A DNA stretch of 64,000 nt from Pelagomonas calceolata (taxonomy: Eukaryota), in the NCBI GenBank assembly GCA_918797485.1, contig CAKKNE010000002.1, positions 868,001 to 932,000 of the forward strand. Reading direction: 5' to 3'. Numbering within the stretch: the stretch's first letter is position 1; every line of letters begins with the position of its first letter. Both the position numbers and the translations under genes were made by a program. This document shows, piece by piece, positions 53,629-64,000 of this stretch. The notes under the pieces are model-generated. The model was not told the DNA's origin. It made no database searches and worked only from the letters and a program-made list of their open reading frames with translations.

Positions 53629-56600
53629 TCAGATCGAGGGGATTTGCGGCGCCGGCACGGGAGTGTTGTAGGAGTCCGTCTCCGCGTTGGCTTCGGCGGC
53701 CGCCGCCTCCCTTAACTTGCCCTGGCGGACCCATTCCGCCGGGGCCACGTCCTCACGTAATAAGAACAGCAAATACGGCGCCCGCGACGCCTGGGACACC
53801 TCGTCGTCGTCCCTGACACCAACGGTGGCATCGTTAAACAACCGCCAGCACCCATCATCCCTAGAACGCGCGTACGCGGTATAATGCCCAAATTCGATGG
53901 TCCCGAAGTGGTTCACGACGGCACATAAGTAGTACCTCGTCGACGGCAGTTCATCACTCTCATTCTCAGCCGCTCCAACATACTTCCCAATGTCTATCGG
54001 GATATTGCTAGGTACGGCCACGGGCGTTTCGAGTTTCGCCGAGTGGTACCCCAGCATCTCAAACCGCTTCAAGTGCAACACGAGCACGGGCGGGTTCGGC
54101 GCCGCCAGTCGCAACCGTTTGACCGCTCTCACGCGCTTCTCGCACCCCGGGCACTTCCACGCGTCGGCCGTATCTAACCGCTCCTTCGACGCGAACAACT
54201 TCAGTAATTTGTCGACAGTTAACGGCGTCTCGGACGGCTCCGACGGCCGCGCCGCGTCCTTGGCCAACGCCTCGACGCGATCGCGACTCCCGTCGGGGTT
54301 GCCCGCGATATAATCACATGATCTAGCGTCTCTCCATTCACATCTGAGATACTCGACGGAGGGCTGGCAGGGGTTGTTCCTATCGTTCGAATAGAGCAGC
54401 GGGAGGTCGCCCCACCGCCTCCGGCGCGACGGCCACCCCGAGTAGTAATTCAAGTTGTCCTGCAAATCATCCTCCTCCTCTTCCGACGACTCGTCGTCGA
54501 TCTGCGTATTCGTCAGGCACCGCATGCGGTCGTCGGACAGGTACCGCCCGTCCTTGTCCGTGCGGAAAAACAACACCGGGGCGCGCGGCGGCGGCTGGTC
54601 GTAATAATTGTCCCGCTGCCAGTGTCTTGAGGAAGAATTACGTTGCGGGCTCGGCGATCTGGAGGACGAGGCGTCGTCGTCGGCGTCGTCGTCGTTCCCG
54701 TAGCGATACCTTTTGGTAAGACCCGCTACTTCATCATCGTACGAATTAGATACGCCGGCCGTGTTCAACCCCGCGCGCTTCTTCTGCCTTCTGTTCCGCT
54801 CCGGCGAGTCGTCCGCGTAGTAGTCGGCCGTGCCTGCGCGGGGCTCAAAATCGAAAAAGAAACCACCCACCGCCATGATTCTAGGAAACGAGTCCCAGCA
54901 ACAAAGTGAAGGCACCGCAACACCTCAAAACGCCGAGACCGTGCCCCCCTTCAACCCCGAGTCGAACTCCCCATACCGGCCGTCGTCCCAGCTCCGTTCC
55001 CGTTCGTCATCATAATCATTATCTCTATAGTCCGAGCGGTAGGACTGGGTCCGACTCCCGTAGGTCTGCGTGTCCTGCTGCGGGCTCCACTCGGGGGCGT
55101 CCTGGCCCCACGACTCTCGCGCGGGCGTCGGGGACCGGTTCACGTAGTAACTCGTGTTCGGGTCGTAGCCGTTCGACCCGTCGAGACTATCGTCGACGTC
55201 GGCCGCATCGGATCGTTGCGACTCCTCGTCGTCGTCCGTCTCGTTGGCGATCCTTCTCCTCCTAGATCTTTGGACGGGCCGCGGTTGGCCGCGCTGCTGC
55301 CAGGGAGCCACGTCCTGGCGACGCGCCGGGATTTGGTACGTCGCTGGTTGAAAATGAGAAGATCTCTGCGCATAGGGCTGCCGCCCGTAGTTGTAGCGCG
55401 GCGGCTCCTGGTGCGCCTCGGCGTGGTATTCTTCCCGCGTCAGCATCGTGTAGAGCAATTTGTAGGTCTGGCGCTCATTCGGTCCCGGGTTGCCGTCCCG
55501 GAAAGATCGAGGCATCGTTACTAGGGTCGGCGTGCCTCGTAAAGGGTGCCGATGTCTATGATAGCCGTCGTCAGGCTCGTCCGACAGCTTGTGGTAGAGC
55601 ACGATGCCTATGGAAGCTGCGGGTCGAGCCGTTTCTCTTCGCGGCGGATCCGCATCTGAGTCATCCTCCTCCTCCGGAGGCAGCTGCTGGTTCCAAGGAG
55701 AAGGCTCCAAGGGGTCCTCTCGATTCCCAGCCGCCCAGGCCACGACCGTCCCGCACTGGTCCACACAGCCCACCAAGCGCGTGGGCGTACCGTCATCCCC
55801 GCCACACACCCGCAACGTCATGGGCACCATGGTCACGGCGTTCCGGTCCGGCCGCTGGATCCACCGGATAGGCGACACGCGAGCTTCTCTTGTTGTACTA
55901 TCGTAGGTCCCTTCACACGAATAAGCGCCTTGCTGGCCGTTTCCGGTAATAAAGTCGAAGATGATCTTCACGTCCGCGTTCGGTAGGGTACTTTTCGGAG
56001 GAGGTTCGGGCCGCTTCTCGTCCTCGTCTTCACTGTCAGTATGGTGCTTCTCCTCCTGGACGGGCTCTTCCTGCTGTGTTGGTGGTAGTAGACTAACACC
56101 AGTAACTTCAAATCTGCAAGCTCGAGCCTCCTTCGAGCAATTGTACTCGCCGTAGTACGTCCCCCCGACGTTAAATACCGCAGTAGCTAGCAATGGAGAT
56201 TCTTTTCTTGCATCTTCCCTGTTGTGGTAACCCTGCACCCTATCGTCATAAGGGACGCATAGTTGTCTCCTCCATAAAGGTTGCCGCGCCGTCCACGGGT
56301 AGTACGCCTGCGGGTCGCTCACTTCGTACGCGACGACGTCGTCTTGTTGCGTCACCTCGTCGACGGGGTCCGTCGCGCAGAAGAAGCGGTGGACCTTGTT
56401 CTGCCAGACATCTGCCAAGATCAATTTGTTCCACGGGACGCCACTACTTGCTGAGGTAGCGTGTAGCAATTCGGAGATGGGCGCGTCCCTTCTTACCAAG
56501 ACAGATTCAAAGGACGTCCGCGAACCTTGATGGGCGAGCGAGCGCTCGACGCGCACCGAAACTCTTCTCGGTGGCGGCTCCCCCTGGGATCTTCGTAAAG

Positions 56601-57777
56601 GTAAAGACACACAAACGAACTGCTCGTGCGTCACGGACTGGTGCCGGCACTCGTCGCAGACTAGTTCGGACGCGAACTTGCCTCCTAGTAACTCTTCTAT
56701 CCTTGAATCGGGAGGGGGCGGTTGCTCATCATCGTCGTCGTCTTGCGGACGTGGCGAGGCGGTCTCCGTCGCCGGTGTTACTGGTGCTTGAACGTCATTC
56801 AACAGTTCTGTGGTAGGCGACATGGGTTGGAGTGCCCGCATCGCGGCTTGCGCCGCGGCGGCCGCCTCGTCGTCGAGCCGCCGCTTCTCGCGCTCCTTCC
56901 GCCGTCGCTCGACCATCCGCCGGCGCTCCCTGACCAAATTCTGGTCCTCGTGCAACCCATCTAGGAGAGCCGCGAGAAACTCATGAGCGTCGTGTTGAGC
57001 ATAGCCCTGGAAGTCCGGCCGCCAGCGCGCCATGACCTTCTTCATGTGCGAGGGCTTCACGGCGTATGGTGACGTTCCTGTGGTCAACTCTGTGGCGAGT
57101 TGGGAAAAAGCTTCGGAAACTTTCCCTTTTGAACCCATCGAATTGTACCGCGCGAGGCGGTCCATGTAGGGTGCGGGCGGCGGGGGCGGCGGCCCGTAGA
57201 CCGTGCCCGCGGCTTGGGCTGCTTCCACAATTCGACCAGCGTTGACGAGCGAGACGACGTCGGTGTTTTGCACTTGCTCCGACGCGGTCATGAGCGCGGC
57301 CATGCCCCCCACGCCCGTCGGCGAGTTGACGCGTGCTAGCGGCCTTCGCGACGGCGGCGTCGCCGGGACCTCTTGCGTCAATGGTTGGCTTCTTGGTGGC
57401 GTCCCGGGAATGACATTGTCAACAGAAGACCCGCGCGGTCTCGCTGTTAAACCTGGTGGCGTCCTCGGACTTATAGTAGCGTGGTGCTCCGGGCCGTCGC
57501 CCAAGGATCCGAGGCTCCCCATCGAGTCCGCGCGCTCTCGTTGCGTGTCGGGGGCCACGTAAAAGTCCCGGAGAGGCGGGACATGCACTAAAGCTTGGAG
57601 GACCGAGTTCATGTAGCACGTGTTGCCCAAATTGCACAGTCCCGTGGCGTCGCGCGCGGGCCGCTGGCCTCGTCTCCTCTTGCGCCGGGGCGGGCTCCCG
57701 CCGTAGGGGCTCCGCGGCGCGCCGGGGCTCCGCGGCGGCGCCGGGGACCGCGGCGCGTTCGGCGAGGCGGGGTACAT
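53629..57777 (-). CDS. Ubiquitin-specific protease (USP4/11/15-like), about 1345 aa; exons 57777-54945 and 54833-53629
   Basis: Cys box GLCNLGNTCYMNSVLQAL and QHDAHEFL in exon 1; WKCPGC, LVLHLKRF and His box VVNHFGTIEFGHYTAY..WRLFNDATV in exon 2. Confidence 0.9.
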
Positions 57778-58073
57778 GTCAACAGTGTCGCCCGCGCCGC
57801 CGCGCTGGGCCTAATTCTCTGTGGCGCTCTCCGCAGTGATTGCGGCTTCTGCTGCGACGCGGCGTGCCCCGTTTTCGCAGCACAGCTACCAGCCGACAGC
57901 ACAGGCCTCTACCAGCCACTTTTTGGCTATTTTGCTGCAGCAAAAGCCGCGCGCCGGCGATTTTGACCCCAGGAAAACCCGTGAATTTTTTTATTTGAAA
58001 TTGAGTTCTCCCCCACGCCCGGTTTTGGCCCTCGGAAGCCGTTCACCACACCTCCACAAGAATCCAAGTTAAC

Positions 58074-59036
58074 TCACAGCTCCCCGCCGCCGCCCCCGAC
58101 GGCCTCCGAGTGCGCCGCGACCTCCGCCGCGACCAGCTCCCGCAGCCTCTCCGCGAGCGACCCCGGCGCGGTGTCGAAGGCGCGGACCAAGTCGCCGCGC
58201 GTCGTCGCCGCGCCCTCGGCGGGCCGGTAGAGCTCGTCGACCGGCAACAACAGGCGCGACGTACTCGATATCAGGCAACCCTCCCACCGGTCCACATCTT
58301 TCAGGTCCGGCGCCTCCAACACCACAGGAATGCGCTCCCGCTCGCACACCTCGAGCGCGAGGCGCCGCACCGTGCCCATCAGAATACCTTCGCCCGCCGT
58401 CACCACCTTACCATCGACGATAGCATAAAAGTTCGTCTGCGACCCCTCCAATATTTTTCCCTCATCGGAAAGGAGTAACTCATTGATCGGCGCGTGCGCC
58501 TCCGCCTGCAGTTTTTCTAGAGGCGCCCGCGCCGAGACCCAGGCCGAGTCCTTCGCCGCGGCGTTCGCGCGCGGCGCGCCGCGCGTCTCGACGCGCACGG
58601 GCTTCGACGGTATAGGTGGTAACGGGGACGCGTGCGCCGCGACCGTCGTCTCACCATCATCATCCCACGACACCAAAAACGTGAGCTTGAGCTCTTCGCC
58701 CCCATGGGTCGCACGGTAGGCGTCGACGACGGCCCCGGCGGCGCCGTCGAGCCTACGTCGTAGTCTCGCCGGGTCCACTAAATCTACTGCGTCGCCGACG
58801 GGCGCCATCTGCCGGATGCTGTCGGCGGTGCGCTGGACGTGCGCCGACCACTCGAAGACCTTGCCCGCATGCGTTCTTGCGGTCGTATAAGCGCCCGACG
58901 GCGACGCCTGCAGCCAGGCTTTCGCCGTCTGGGCCGTCGGTTTTGCAATGCTCTCGATGGCACTGACAAAGGGCTGTGCGGTCGTAGTCATGGCTCTCGC
59001 ACGTGTCGTGAGGAGTGATAACATGAGCACACGCAT
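58074..59036 (-). CDS. Class IV PLP-dependent aminotransferase-like protein
   Basis: GAYTTART, WSAHVQR, RANAAAKDSAWV, ILEGSQTNF, ILMGTVR, ISSTSRLLLPV. Confidence 0.88.
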   Translation of the reverse strand: MRVLMLSLLTTRARAMTTTAQPFVSAIESIAKPTAQTAKAWLQASPSGAYTTARTHAGKVFEWSAHVQRTADSIRQMAPVGDAVDLVDPARLRRRLDGAAGAVVDAYRATHGGEELKLTFLVSWDDDGETTVAAHASPLPPIPSKPVRVETRGAPRANAAAKDSAWVSARAPLEKLQAEAHAPINELLLSDEGKILEGSQTNFYAIVDGKVVTAGEGILMGTVRRLALEVCERERIPVVLEAPDLKDVDRWEGCLISSTSRLLLPVDELYRPAEGAATTRGDLVRAFDTAPGSLAERLRELVAAEVAAHSEAVGGGGGEL

Positions 59037-59106
59037 CGACAACGCTGCCGATTGACAGCTTTAATGCTGTGTAAGGCCAGCACAACCGGCCCAAGCACCA
59101 GCTCAG

Positions 59107-59133
59107 GCTAGCGTCCTGTAACATACTAGCGAA
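59107..59133 (+). promoter_or_regulatory. 27-bp CTAG-CTAG motif
   Basis: GCTAGCGTCCTGTAACATACTAGCGAA, between divergent genes. Confidence 0.65.
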
Positions 59134-59246
59134 GCACGGTTATTGCTGGCTGCTTGGGCTTGCGTAGGGCGCAAGGGGCCCTAAGGAACGTAACAGGCAT
59201 ACGCAGTAGCCACATCGATACGGCGCCACGGCGTAGCGGGACCGAC

Positions 59247-60266
59247 ATGGCCCAATGCGTCGTCTGCTCGGAAGACATCGACTTAGCCGCAGCCAAGTCT
59301 TTTCCGTGCTGCGACGCGCTCTACTGCGACGCGTGCCACGAGGAGACGGCGGAGGGCGGCACCTGCGGCGAGTGCTTCGCGGACCTCACTGCGGCGGCCG
59401 CGCCACCGCCGCCGCCCGCCGACAGCACGCCGCAGCTCGCGCCAGCGATGCGTCCGGTGACGCCGACGGTATTCGCCGTCGCCCCGAAGCCAACACTGGT
59501 AGCTCTCGGCACGCCGTCCGATTGTGGTACGCCGAACCCACGCGTATCAGGCACGCCCGCGCACGAGCGCCTCGCGGGCGACCTGCGCCGCGTCGTGCTC
59601 CGGAAAGTGGACGGCAACTCGCCGCGGTCCTCGCCGCCACCCGTACCGTCGCCCAAGATCGTCACCGCGTTGCAGTCGGGGGCGCTAAGGCCGACGGGCA
59701 GCGACGCGACGCCGCGGACTGCGACGGTGAAACGCTTCAACGACGCGGAGAAGGCGCTTCAACGAGCGCGCGAGACGGCCGCGGCCGCCCAGGCGGTGCA
59801 GGAGGCTGCTGTTAAGGAGACCGCGGCGCGGCGACAGGCGGCGGAACGGGCGGCGGCCGCGCGCTCGAGAAATGAAGCGCGCATGCCGCCCCGCCGCTCG
59901 ACGTCGCCGCGCGCCCGGGCCCCGAGCGCCAAATCGCCGCGGCGCCGCTCGAAGTCGCCGCGGCGGTCGTCGGTAGACCTCGAGGCGGGCCCGACCGTGG
60001 TGAAGCTGAAGACGGCCGTGGCCGAACTGTCCGAGGCGAACCGCAAGCGGACCACGGGCCCGAGGCCGCGGCGGTCGCTCTCGCGGCGCCTCGCCGTACT
60101 GCTCGCGGGGTTGTTGTTCTTCGGCGCCGCGTCGTTCTACACCGCCGCGAGCGTCCTCGAGGCGCCCTCGAATCGGAGCGCCGTGCCGCCGCCGCGCAAG
60201 CGCACGTCGCGGCGCTACTTGGGGACGAACTCCTCAAAAAAGAAGCGGCTGCGGGGCGCCGCTTAA
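59247..60266 (+). CDS. Protein with an N-terminal RING-like Cys domain and a C-terminal TM helix
   Basis: CVVC..FPCCDALYCDAC..TCGEC; LAVLLAGLLFFGAASFYTAA. Confidence 0.7.
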   Translation: MAQCVVCSEDIDLAAAKSFPCCDALYCDACHEETAEGGTCGECFADLTAAAAPPPPPADSTPQLAPAMRPVTPTVFAVAPKPTLVALGTPSDCGTPNPRVSGTPAHERLAGDLRRVVLRKVDGNSPRSSPPPVPSPKIVTALQSGALRPTGSDATPRTATVKRFNDAEKALQRARETAAAAQAVQEAAVKETAARRQAAERAAAARSRNEARMPPRRSTSPRARAPSAKSPRRRSKSPRRSSVDLEAGPTVVKLKTAVAELSEANRKRTTGPRPRRSLSRRLAVLLAGLLFFGAASFYTAASVLEAPSNRSAVPPPRKRTSRRYLGTNSSKKKRLRGAA

Positions 60267-60275
60267 TGTCACACA

Positions 60276-62198
60276 TTACGTAAACACGTGCCCCTGGTCG
60301 TCGCGCTCGCCCCGCCGCAGCTCGTCCACGAGCGTCCCGTCGCGCGCCGCGGCGAGGACCTGGCCCGCGCGCTTCACCACGTTCTTGTCGAGCGTCGCGT
60401 CGTCGTTCGCCGCCGCGAGCGCGCCGCGCGCGGCGTGGTAGAAGGCCGCCTCGAGGCCGCTGCCCACTAAAGCTCGCGCCTGGCGGTAGGTGTGCAGGTC
60501 CGGCTCGACCAGCAAATCCACGAGGGCTTCTTTGCGCGTGCGCGGCGTCTTCGGCGTCTTCGCGCGAGAAAGCCGCGTCGCCACGAAGGAGCGGACGTCG
60601 TCCTCTGGTGCTCTCAACTCGTCGTCCCGGCCTTGTGGCAGGGTCGAGGACGGTGTCTTCTTCGGCCGCGCTCCATCATTCTGGATGGAGCTCTCCTGCG
60701 CCGCGAGCCACGAGTCGGCGATGTCCGCCGCGGCCCGTGCGTCCGTGCGCCGCATCGGCGTCGCCGTCGTGCGCGCCTCCAGCTCGTCGAGGGCCGCGCC
60801 CGGCGGCCGGGGGGGCTTGCGCGCGGTCCGCGGGCCGCCGAGCAGGTCGTCGTCGTCGGACGAGTCCTCGCCCCGGCGCTGGATCACGGGCGCCCGGGCC
60901 GCGGCGGCCGCCGACGCGGCGCGGAGGGCGCCGGCCGTGCTGCGCGCCGCCGCGGCCGTCGGGTGCGCGCGCCGCGCGTCCGTCACCAAACCATCTATAT
61001 ACATCGCGTCGGCGGCGTCGGCCGCGCGCTGGCGCCGCTCCTCGCCCGTCAGGGGCGGGCCGCGCGGCTCGCGGCGCTGGCGCTCGCGCGTCACGCTCGC
61101 GTCCTCGAAGGCGACAGGCGCGGTAGCGCCCGCGGCGGCCTCGGCCCGCGACGCCGCGTCGGCCGCGGCCGCCCAGAAGGCGTCGTCGTCGTCGTCCGTC
61201 GGTGGTGGCGGTTGCGCCCGGCGCGGCGGCTTTGGCGCGGGCGGCTTTGGCACGGGCGCCCGCGGCAGGGGCGGCATCGGCTTTCGCCGCGGCGGCGCCG
61301 GCGGCGCCGGCTTCGGAGGTGACAGGGCGGCCGGCGGCGGCGACAACGCGGGCGGCGCGGGCGGCGCCACGCGCGCGGGCGCGGCGAAGTTCCGCGGCGC
61401 CGCCGGCTGGTCCGCCGCGCCGTCGAGCATGGCGTCGATGAGGGCCGCCTGCTCGGCGTCGTCCGCGACGGGCGCCGCGGCCGGCGGCAGCGCGTCTTGC
61501 GCGGCCCAGGCGTCCTGACGCGGCGGCGCCTCGTAGCCGCCGCCGTCGTAGCGCGTCCCGGCCGGCGGCGGCGCCTCGTCGTCCGACGCGTCCGAGTCCG
61601 ACCCGAGCCAGGAGTCGTCGAAGCCGCCGTCGCAGCGCTCGACGACGCGCGACGTCCGCACGGGCGCGTCGGGCGGCGCCGCGGCCCAGCCGCCCGGCCG
61701 CGGCGGCGGCGGCGCGTCGCGCGGGCGCACGCCGTAGTTCCGGCCCGCGAGGAAGGCGAACGGCTTCTTTTCTTCCGAGGGTTCGTCGTCCTCCGCCTCC
61801 GCCTGAACGGGCGCCTGAGCAACGGGCGCGGCGGGCCGCCGGAACTGCTTGAAGCGCTTCGCCGGCTTTGGAGCCAAAGGCGCGGCCTTGCGCCGGGCCC
61901 GCGGCGGCGGCGGCGGCATGGGCTCGTCGCGCTCCTGGACGCAGCACGTGACGGTGCCCGGGAACTTGAGCTTGAGCTCGTCGTCGCAAGTCCGATCGCC
62001 GCCGCACCAGCCCAGGGCCTCCAGGGCTGCTTTTTGGGCGGCGGTGAGCACGAGCGACTCGCCTATTTTACTTCCGTTCTCGTCCCTCAGGATCGCGAGG
62101 CGGTTCTTGACGTGGAGCGCGCCGTCCTCGTAGGACCAGTTTGACTCTTTCTTGGTATCTTTCAGCGTGTAGGTGCAGGGAATCTGGGCCTCGGCCAT
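60276..62198 (-). CDS. Protein with an N-terminal DUF2439 (ZGRF1/Mte1 N-terminal)-like domain and a Pro/Ala-rich disordered tail
   Basis: PCTYTLKDTKKESNWSYEDGALHV..ILRDENGSKIG fits the C.YT...KK...W.DG.L....L.DE.G pattern; ATG 62198. Confidence 0.65.
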   Translation of the reverse strand: MAEAQIPCTYTLKDTKKESNWSYEDGALHVKNRLAILRDENGSKIGESLVLTAAQKAALEALGWCGGDRTCDDELKLKFPGTVTCCVQERDEPMPPPPPRARRKAAPLAPKPAKRFKQFRRPAAPVAQAPVQAEAEDDEPSEEKKPFAFLAGRNYGVRPRDAPPPPRPGGWAAAPPDAPVRTSRVVERCDGGFDDSWLGSDSDASDDEAPPPAGTRYDGGGYEAPPRQDAWAAQDALPPAAAPVADDAEQAALIDAMLDGAADQPAAPRNFAAPARVAPPAPPALSPPPAALSPPKPAPPAPPRRKPMPPLPRAPVPKPPAPKPPRRAQPPPPTDDDDDAFWAAAADAASRAEAAAGATAPVAFEDASVTRERQRREPRGPPLTGEERRQRAADAADAMYIDGLVTDARRAHPTAAAARSTAGALRAASAAAAARAPVIQRRGEDSSDDDDLLGGPRTARKPPRPPGAALDELEARTTATPMRRTDARAAADIADSWLAAQESSIQNDGARPKKTPSSTLPQGRDDELRAPEDDVRSFVATRLSRAKTPKTPRTRKEALVDLLVEPDLHTYRQARALVGSGLEAAFYHAARGALAAANDDATLDKNVVKRAGQVLAAARDGTLVDELRRGERDDQGHVFT

Positions 62199-62483
62199 CG
62201 CGGCGTCGGCGTCGCTTTTGAGCTCAAATAAAGGCAGCGCAAAATCGATCAAGCGCGAGCGGAGACTCGCTATAGATGGCGGAACTGGTCGGACGGTGAC
62301 CTGGCGCAGCGCAAGGTACTGTAGAAAACCCCGTGGCACTGCTGGGGCCGTACTCTGCCATGCGCGCCGCGCGCGGGGACCGATTTTTTTGCTGGAAAAC
62401 GGGTTTTACTCGAAAAATCGACGAGTACTCGCGGGTTTCTACGTCGACAGCGTAGACGAGTAGATACACACAACAAACGCCAC

Positions 62484-64000
62484 TTAACCCCGCGCCCCCG
62501 TGATCGGGTTCATCGCGCGCGGCCCGACGAGGCGCGCGACGGCGTCGCGGGCGGCGCCCGTCCTTGCCACGCCGAGCGACCGCATGGCGAGGCCGACCTT
62601 GAAGGCCGGGTCCCGGAAGACGCGCTCGTCCGTCAATCCTGTCGTGTAGCCGGTCTTGTCGGCGGCCGTGCGCTGGTCCGCGCGCTGGGCCTCGACCGCG
62701 GCGGTCGTCTTGGTCACGTCGCTCTCGATGGTCGAGATGGCCTCGAAGTAGGGCACGGTCCGCGCGAGGGCCTCGAGCGCAATCGCTCTAGCTTCGTCGG
62801 CCTTCGCGAGGCGCTCGAGGGCCTGCTCCTTCTCCGAGCGTTGCGCCTCGCGCACGCCCTCGCGGTATCGAGCCCGTTCCGCGCCTTTCTTGGCCTGCTC
62901 TCGTTGGACGCGCTCGCGCTCCTTGCGCGCCGCCGCTTCGACGAGCTTGCGCTCCGCCTCGGCGCGGAACTGCTCCGCGCGGTATTGTAAAATAGCGTCC
63001 TTCGCCCGGCGCTGCGCCTCCCTTTCGATAGCCTGCCGCTCGGCCTCCTGCTCCGCTTGTAGAGCGTCGCGCAGCTCGCGTGCCACCGCCAACTTCTGAT
63101 CCCGGACCTCGCGCTCCGCCCGCAGCTTGTCGACGCAGGCGTGGAGCGCGCGCTGGCGCCGGCCCATCTCGTCGTACAAGCGGTCCTTCGCCACTTTGTC
63201 GACGTGGTCGCGCCGCGCCGCCTCCAACCGCTCGGCGCACTTGACAACAGAGTCCGCGCGCCAGGCCTTCTGCTCCCGCTTCCATACAGCTTTCTCCCGC
63301 GAATGGGAGGCCACGGCGTCACCACGCGCCACGTGCTTGCGCAGCGCGTCCTCGGAAAACTGGGGCAGCACGAGCCTCAGTGCGTCGATCTTCTTCGACG
63401 TTTGCGTCTCGAAGAGGGCGTGGGCCGCGTCGTCCCAGGGCCCTCGGCTATCGAGCGCGTCCGACCCGTCGCCGATGCTCGCGAGGGCGTCCCGCAATTT
63501 ATCGTCGATGCGCCGCCGCTTCTCGCGATCGTCGTCGCGCCGCGCCGCCCACGTCTCACGCAGCTCCTCGGCGACCGGCGCGAGGAACGCCTCGTCGTCG
63601 CCGACGCGGAGCACTTCCACCAGCTCGTCGTCGCCCCCATCATCCTCGCGGAGCGTTGAATTCATCGTCGCTACCGCTTCCTCGACATCGCGCCTGGCTT
63701 CAACCTCCTCCTCCGCCAACGACGCCCCTTTTGACGCGTGCGCCTGGCGCGCGTCGACCATCATTCGAGCCACGATCGCCGCCGCGCGCCGTTTAGCTTC
63801 AGCCTGGTCGTCGTCCGAGGCTTGCGCGAGGCACGCGACCATGGTCCGGAGCTCGTCGATCTGCGAGAGGTCGTCGCGCGGGACCATGGCTTTTTCATCA
63901 TCGTCAAACCGCCGCGCCGCCTGGGCGAGCGCCGCGTGCTGCTGCATCCACGCCGCGCGGCCGGCGTCGAGGCGCGCCGCGCGCTTGTGCCGGCGGCGCG
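62484..64000 (-). CDS. 5'-truncated coiled-coil protein, CCDC148-like
   Basis: The frame is open to the window end; long E/R/A coiled coil; C-terminal GLTDERVFRDPAFKVGLAMRSLGVARTGAAR resembles the CCDC148 C-terminus as recalled. Confidence 0.6.
   Translation of the reverse strand, partial: RRRHKRAARLDAGRAAWMQQHAALAQAARRFDDDEKAMVPRDDLSQIDELRTMVACLAQASDDDQAEAKRRAAAIVARMMVDARQAHASKGASLAEEEVEARRDVEEAVATMNSTLREDDGGDDELVEVLRVGDDEAFLAPVAEELRETWAARRDDDREKRRRIDDKLRDALASIGDGSDALDSRGPWDDAAHALFETQTSKKIDALRLVLPQFSEDALRKHVARGDAVASHSREKAVWKREQKAWRADSVVKCAERLEAARRDHVDKVAKDRLYDEMGRRQRALHACVDKLRAEREVRDQKLAVARELRDALQAEQEAERQAIEREAQRRAKDAILQYRAEQFRAEAERKLVEAAARKERERVQREQAKKGAERARYREGVREAQRSEKEQALERLAKADEARAIALEALARTVPYFEAISTIESDVTKTTAAVEAQRADQRTAADKTGYTTGLTDERVFRDPAFKVGLAMRSLGVARTGAARDAVARLVGPRAMNPITGARG

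Noticed and set aside
1..57777. Several ubiquitin-system genes and several ciliary genes in one window, suggesting a cluster
   Set aside because: These are large functional classes interspersed with unrelated genes, with no evidence of coordinated organisation.

Overview
This is gene-dense, GC-rich eukaryotic DNA, most likely from a pelagophyte-type stramenopile alga; that assignment is inferred from composition, flagellar genes and intron type. About 30 protein genes are supported. They include EMC1, uridine kinase, an FKBP-TPR protein, CobT, a divergent cullin, MiaA, two protein-identical centrins flanking an amidase, meckelin/TMEM67, a USP, and a roughly 4,160-aa multi-C2/WW/FN3/EF-hand protein that only appears after splicing 7 exons. 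Two non-coding systems run through the window. (1) Introner elements: five MITE-like insertions with 15-bp terminal inverted repeats (CTGTGTGGAAATCAA) and 8-bp target-site duplications. Each restores the host frame if spliced from a GT/GC in the TSD to the AG in the TIR. A graded set of decayed relatives is also present. (2) A conserved 27-bp bipartite motif, GCTAGCGKCMTGTAASACACTAGCAAG, seen 11 times, always intergenic and 5' of a gene (one is 5' of a probable pseudogene). It is a candidate uncharacterised promoter element. Also notable are two apparent pseudoenzymes (a Ubc12-like E2 without its Cys and a PPPDE/DeSI protein without His and Cys), a hairpin conserved in both centrin 3' UTRs, and a lower-GC island with a decayed 290-bp coding duplication. 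All splice models and product calls were made by eye; no database search or RNA data was available.
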